Below are positions 63,890-64,000 of a DNA stretch of 64,000 nucleotides, piece by piece. The stretch is taken from NCBI GenBank assembly GCA_965644265.1, contig OZ286472.1, forward strand, positions 80,662,001 to 80,726,000, read 5' to 3'. The number at the start of each line of letters is the position of its first letter. Positions within the stretch are counted from its first letter, which is position 1. Source of the DNA: Glycera tridactyla (taxonomy: Eukaryota). A model generated the notes under the pieces. That model was given only the letters and a program-made list of their open reading frames with translations. It was not told the origin of the DNA and ran no database searches. The translations under genes were made by a program, and so were the position numbers.

Positions 63890-64000
63890 GAATATAATCA
63901 CTATAACTCACGAGGTGGGACTCCCTTGAGACGTTACGAGGCCGCAGGCCGAGTGACGTCTCCTGGGAGTCCCACCGAGTGAGTTATAGTGATTATATTC
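63890..64000. mobile_element. Palindromic (hairpin) MITE with gaggccgcaggccga centre, cut by the window edge
   Basis: 48-nt arms gaatataatcactataactcac..gtgggactccc..gagacg are near-perfect inverted repeats. Confidence 0.8.

Overview
Animal (invertebrate-type) genomic DNA with two convergent, intron-rich genes. (1) + strand, 2.2-8.1 kb: the last four coding exons of a COMTD1-like SAM-dependent O-methyltransferase; its 5' exons were not found in the window. (2) - strand, 62.7 down to 24.4 kb: most of a GCKIII-family Ste20 kinase gene (single orthologue of STK24/25/26), from kinase subdomain VIb to the stop codon; its 5' exons lie beyond base 64000. All exon models were read by hand from splice signals and protein similarity, without transcript data. 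The kinase gene has three unusual features. First, two tandem 158-nt paralogous exons encode alternative activation loops and must be mutually exclusive. Second, a 2.2-kb, 60-bp minisatellite is built from an exon end plus its 5' splice site, giving 38 tandem CAG|GTCAGT donors; a second 4-copy donor array sits at the next exon. Third, the linker is expanded by eight putative phase-0 cassette exons (419 aa; Pro-rich, His-rich, acidic). The COMTD1 stop codon also lies inside a tandem repeat. Introns and intergenic DNA hold SINE-like families, MITEs (including a nested hAT-type pair), LINE remnants, palindromic elements carrying decayed hammerhead-ribozyme cores, several minisatellites and two N gaps.
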